From the NCBI RefSeq assembly GCF_037042905.1, contig NW_026974140.1, positions 310,001 through 374,000 on the forward strand: a stretch of DNA of 64,000 nt. Reading direction: 5' to 3'. Both the position numbers and the translations under genes were made by a program. The notes under the pieces are model-generated. The model saw only the letters and a program-made list of their open reading frames with translations, searched no databases and was not told where the DNA came from. Of this stretch, positions 63,401 to 64,000 are shown in pieces. Origin of the DNA: Lytechinus pictus (taxonomy: Eukaryota). Each line of letters starts with the position of its first letter. The first letter of the stretch is position 1.

Positions 63401-64000
63401 TGATCTTTGACCTGCATACTCCGAATTCAAACTTAGCCTGTATTGGTATCATCTACAGTGTACCTACACACTCAAATTTGTTTAAATATGTAGAATATTT
63501 TATAAGTTATCATGCGGAAACTAAATTGCATATTTAATGAGCCGTGACCTTTGGCCTGCGGACTACGAATTCGAACTAAGCCGATATTTTGGCAAATTTG
63601 GTGTCATCTACCTACACACCCTAATGATTTATAAATCTGTTGAATATTTTATAAGATATTATGAGGAAACCAACTTGCATATTTAATGAGCTGTGATCTT
63701 TGACCTGCCGACTACGAATTCGAACTTAGCCTGTATTTTGGTGTCATCTACCTACATACCCTAATATTTTATAAAATTGTTGAATATTTTATAAGTTATT
63801 TGGAGGAATCCAACTCGCATATTTAATGACCCGGTGTAGTGGTCCACCTGCATTCCCCCAACCAGTTATCAAGAGAATCCTGCGGGTCACAGTTCTGTGT
63901 GCACGCCCTTGTAGGCGACCCAGATTGGCTGGCTCCTCCAATATGCCTTTGAATGTCTTTGACAGATATATGGTGCTATACAAATAATGTGCATCATCTA

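Larger units (their letters stand above)
7651..64000 (+). repeat. Complex satellite array (>56 kb, runs off the window end): subunits A (~142 bp), B (~138 bp) and C (~235 bp) forming ~512-519 bp (ABC) and ~787-803 bp (AB'A'BC) units
   Basis: Recurrent starts GAGCTGTGATCTTTGACC (A), GAGCCGTGACCTTTGGCC (B) and GACCC(G/A)GTGTAGTGG (C). All share TACCTACACAC followed by a T-rich tract. ORF-track spacings are 512-519 and 787-803 bp. One orientation throughout. Confidence 0.98.

Noticed and set aside
8242..63983. Dozens of repeated 64-107 aa ORFs (MYSTIYLSK..., MTRCSGPP...) as a tandem gene family
   Set aside because: They overlap on both strands of subunit C and have no recognisable domain. They are gained or lost by single substitutions and T-tract frameshifts between copies.
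7651..64000. CRISPR-like repeat-spacer array
   Set aside because: The intervening sequences are themselves repeated, so there are no unique spacers. There are no cas genes and the context is eukaryotic.

Overview
AT-rich eukaryotic DNA made up almost entirely of repeats. The repeat style suggests a marine invertebrate such as a sea urchin, but this is inference. No host gene is recognisable. Positions 1-5.7 kb hold decayed repeats: a probable 2.7-kb TTAA-flanked non-autonomous DNA transposon (407-3093), microsatellites, a 40-bp palindromic minisatellite and short-motif arrays. Positions 5755-7650 hold an apparently intact Tc1/mariner (DD34E) transposon with TA target duplication, ~195-bp imperfect TIRs and internal ~167-bp repeats that duplicate its start codon. 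From the transposon's right TA (7651) to the end of the window runs an unbroken >56-kb head-to-tail satellite. It is built from two related ~140-bp subunits (A, B) and a ~235-bp subunit (C) with a GC-rich, hairpin-rich segment. These form ~517-bp and ~803-bp units, with 1-5.5 kb block duplications and positional layering of variants. A 114-bp fold-back hAT-type MITE with an 8-bp TSD inserted once and was copied by a block duplication. The many 64-107 aa ORFs in the array are repeat artefacts. I found no convincing novel protein-coding system. The best lead is the structured, possibly SINE/tRNA-like segment amplified in subunit C, which remains a hypothesis.
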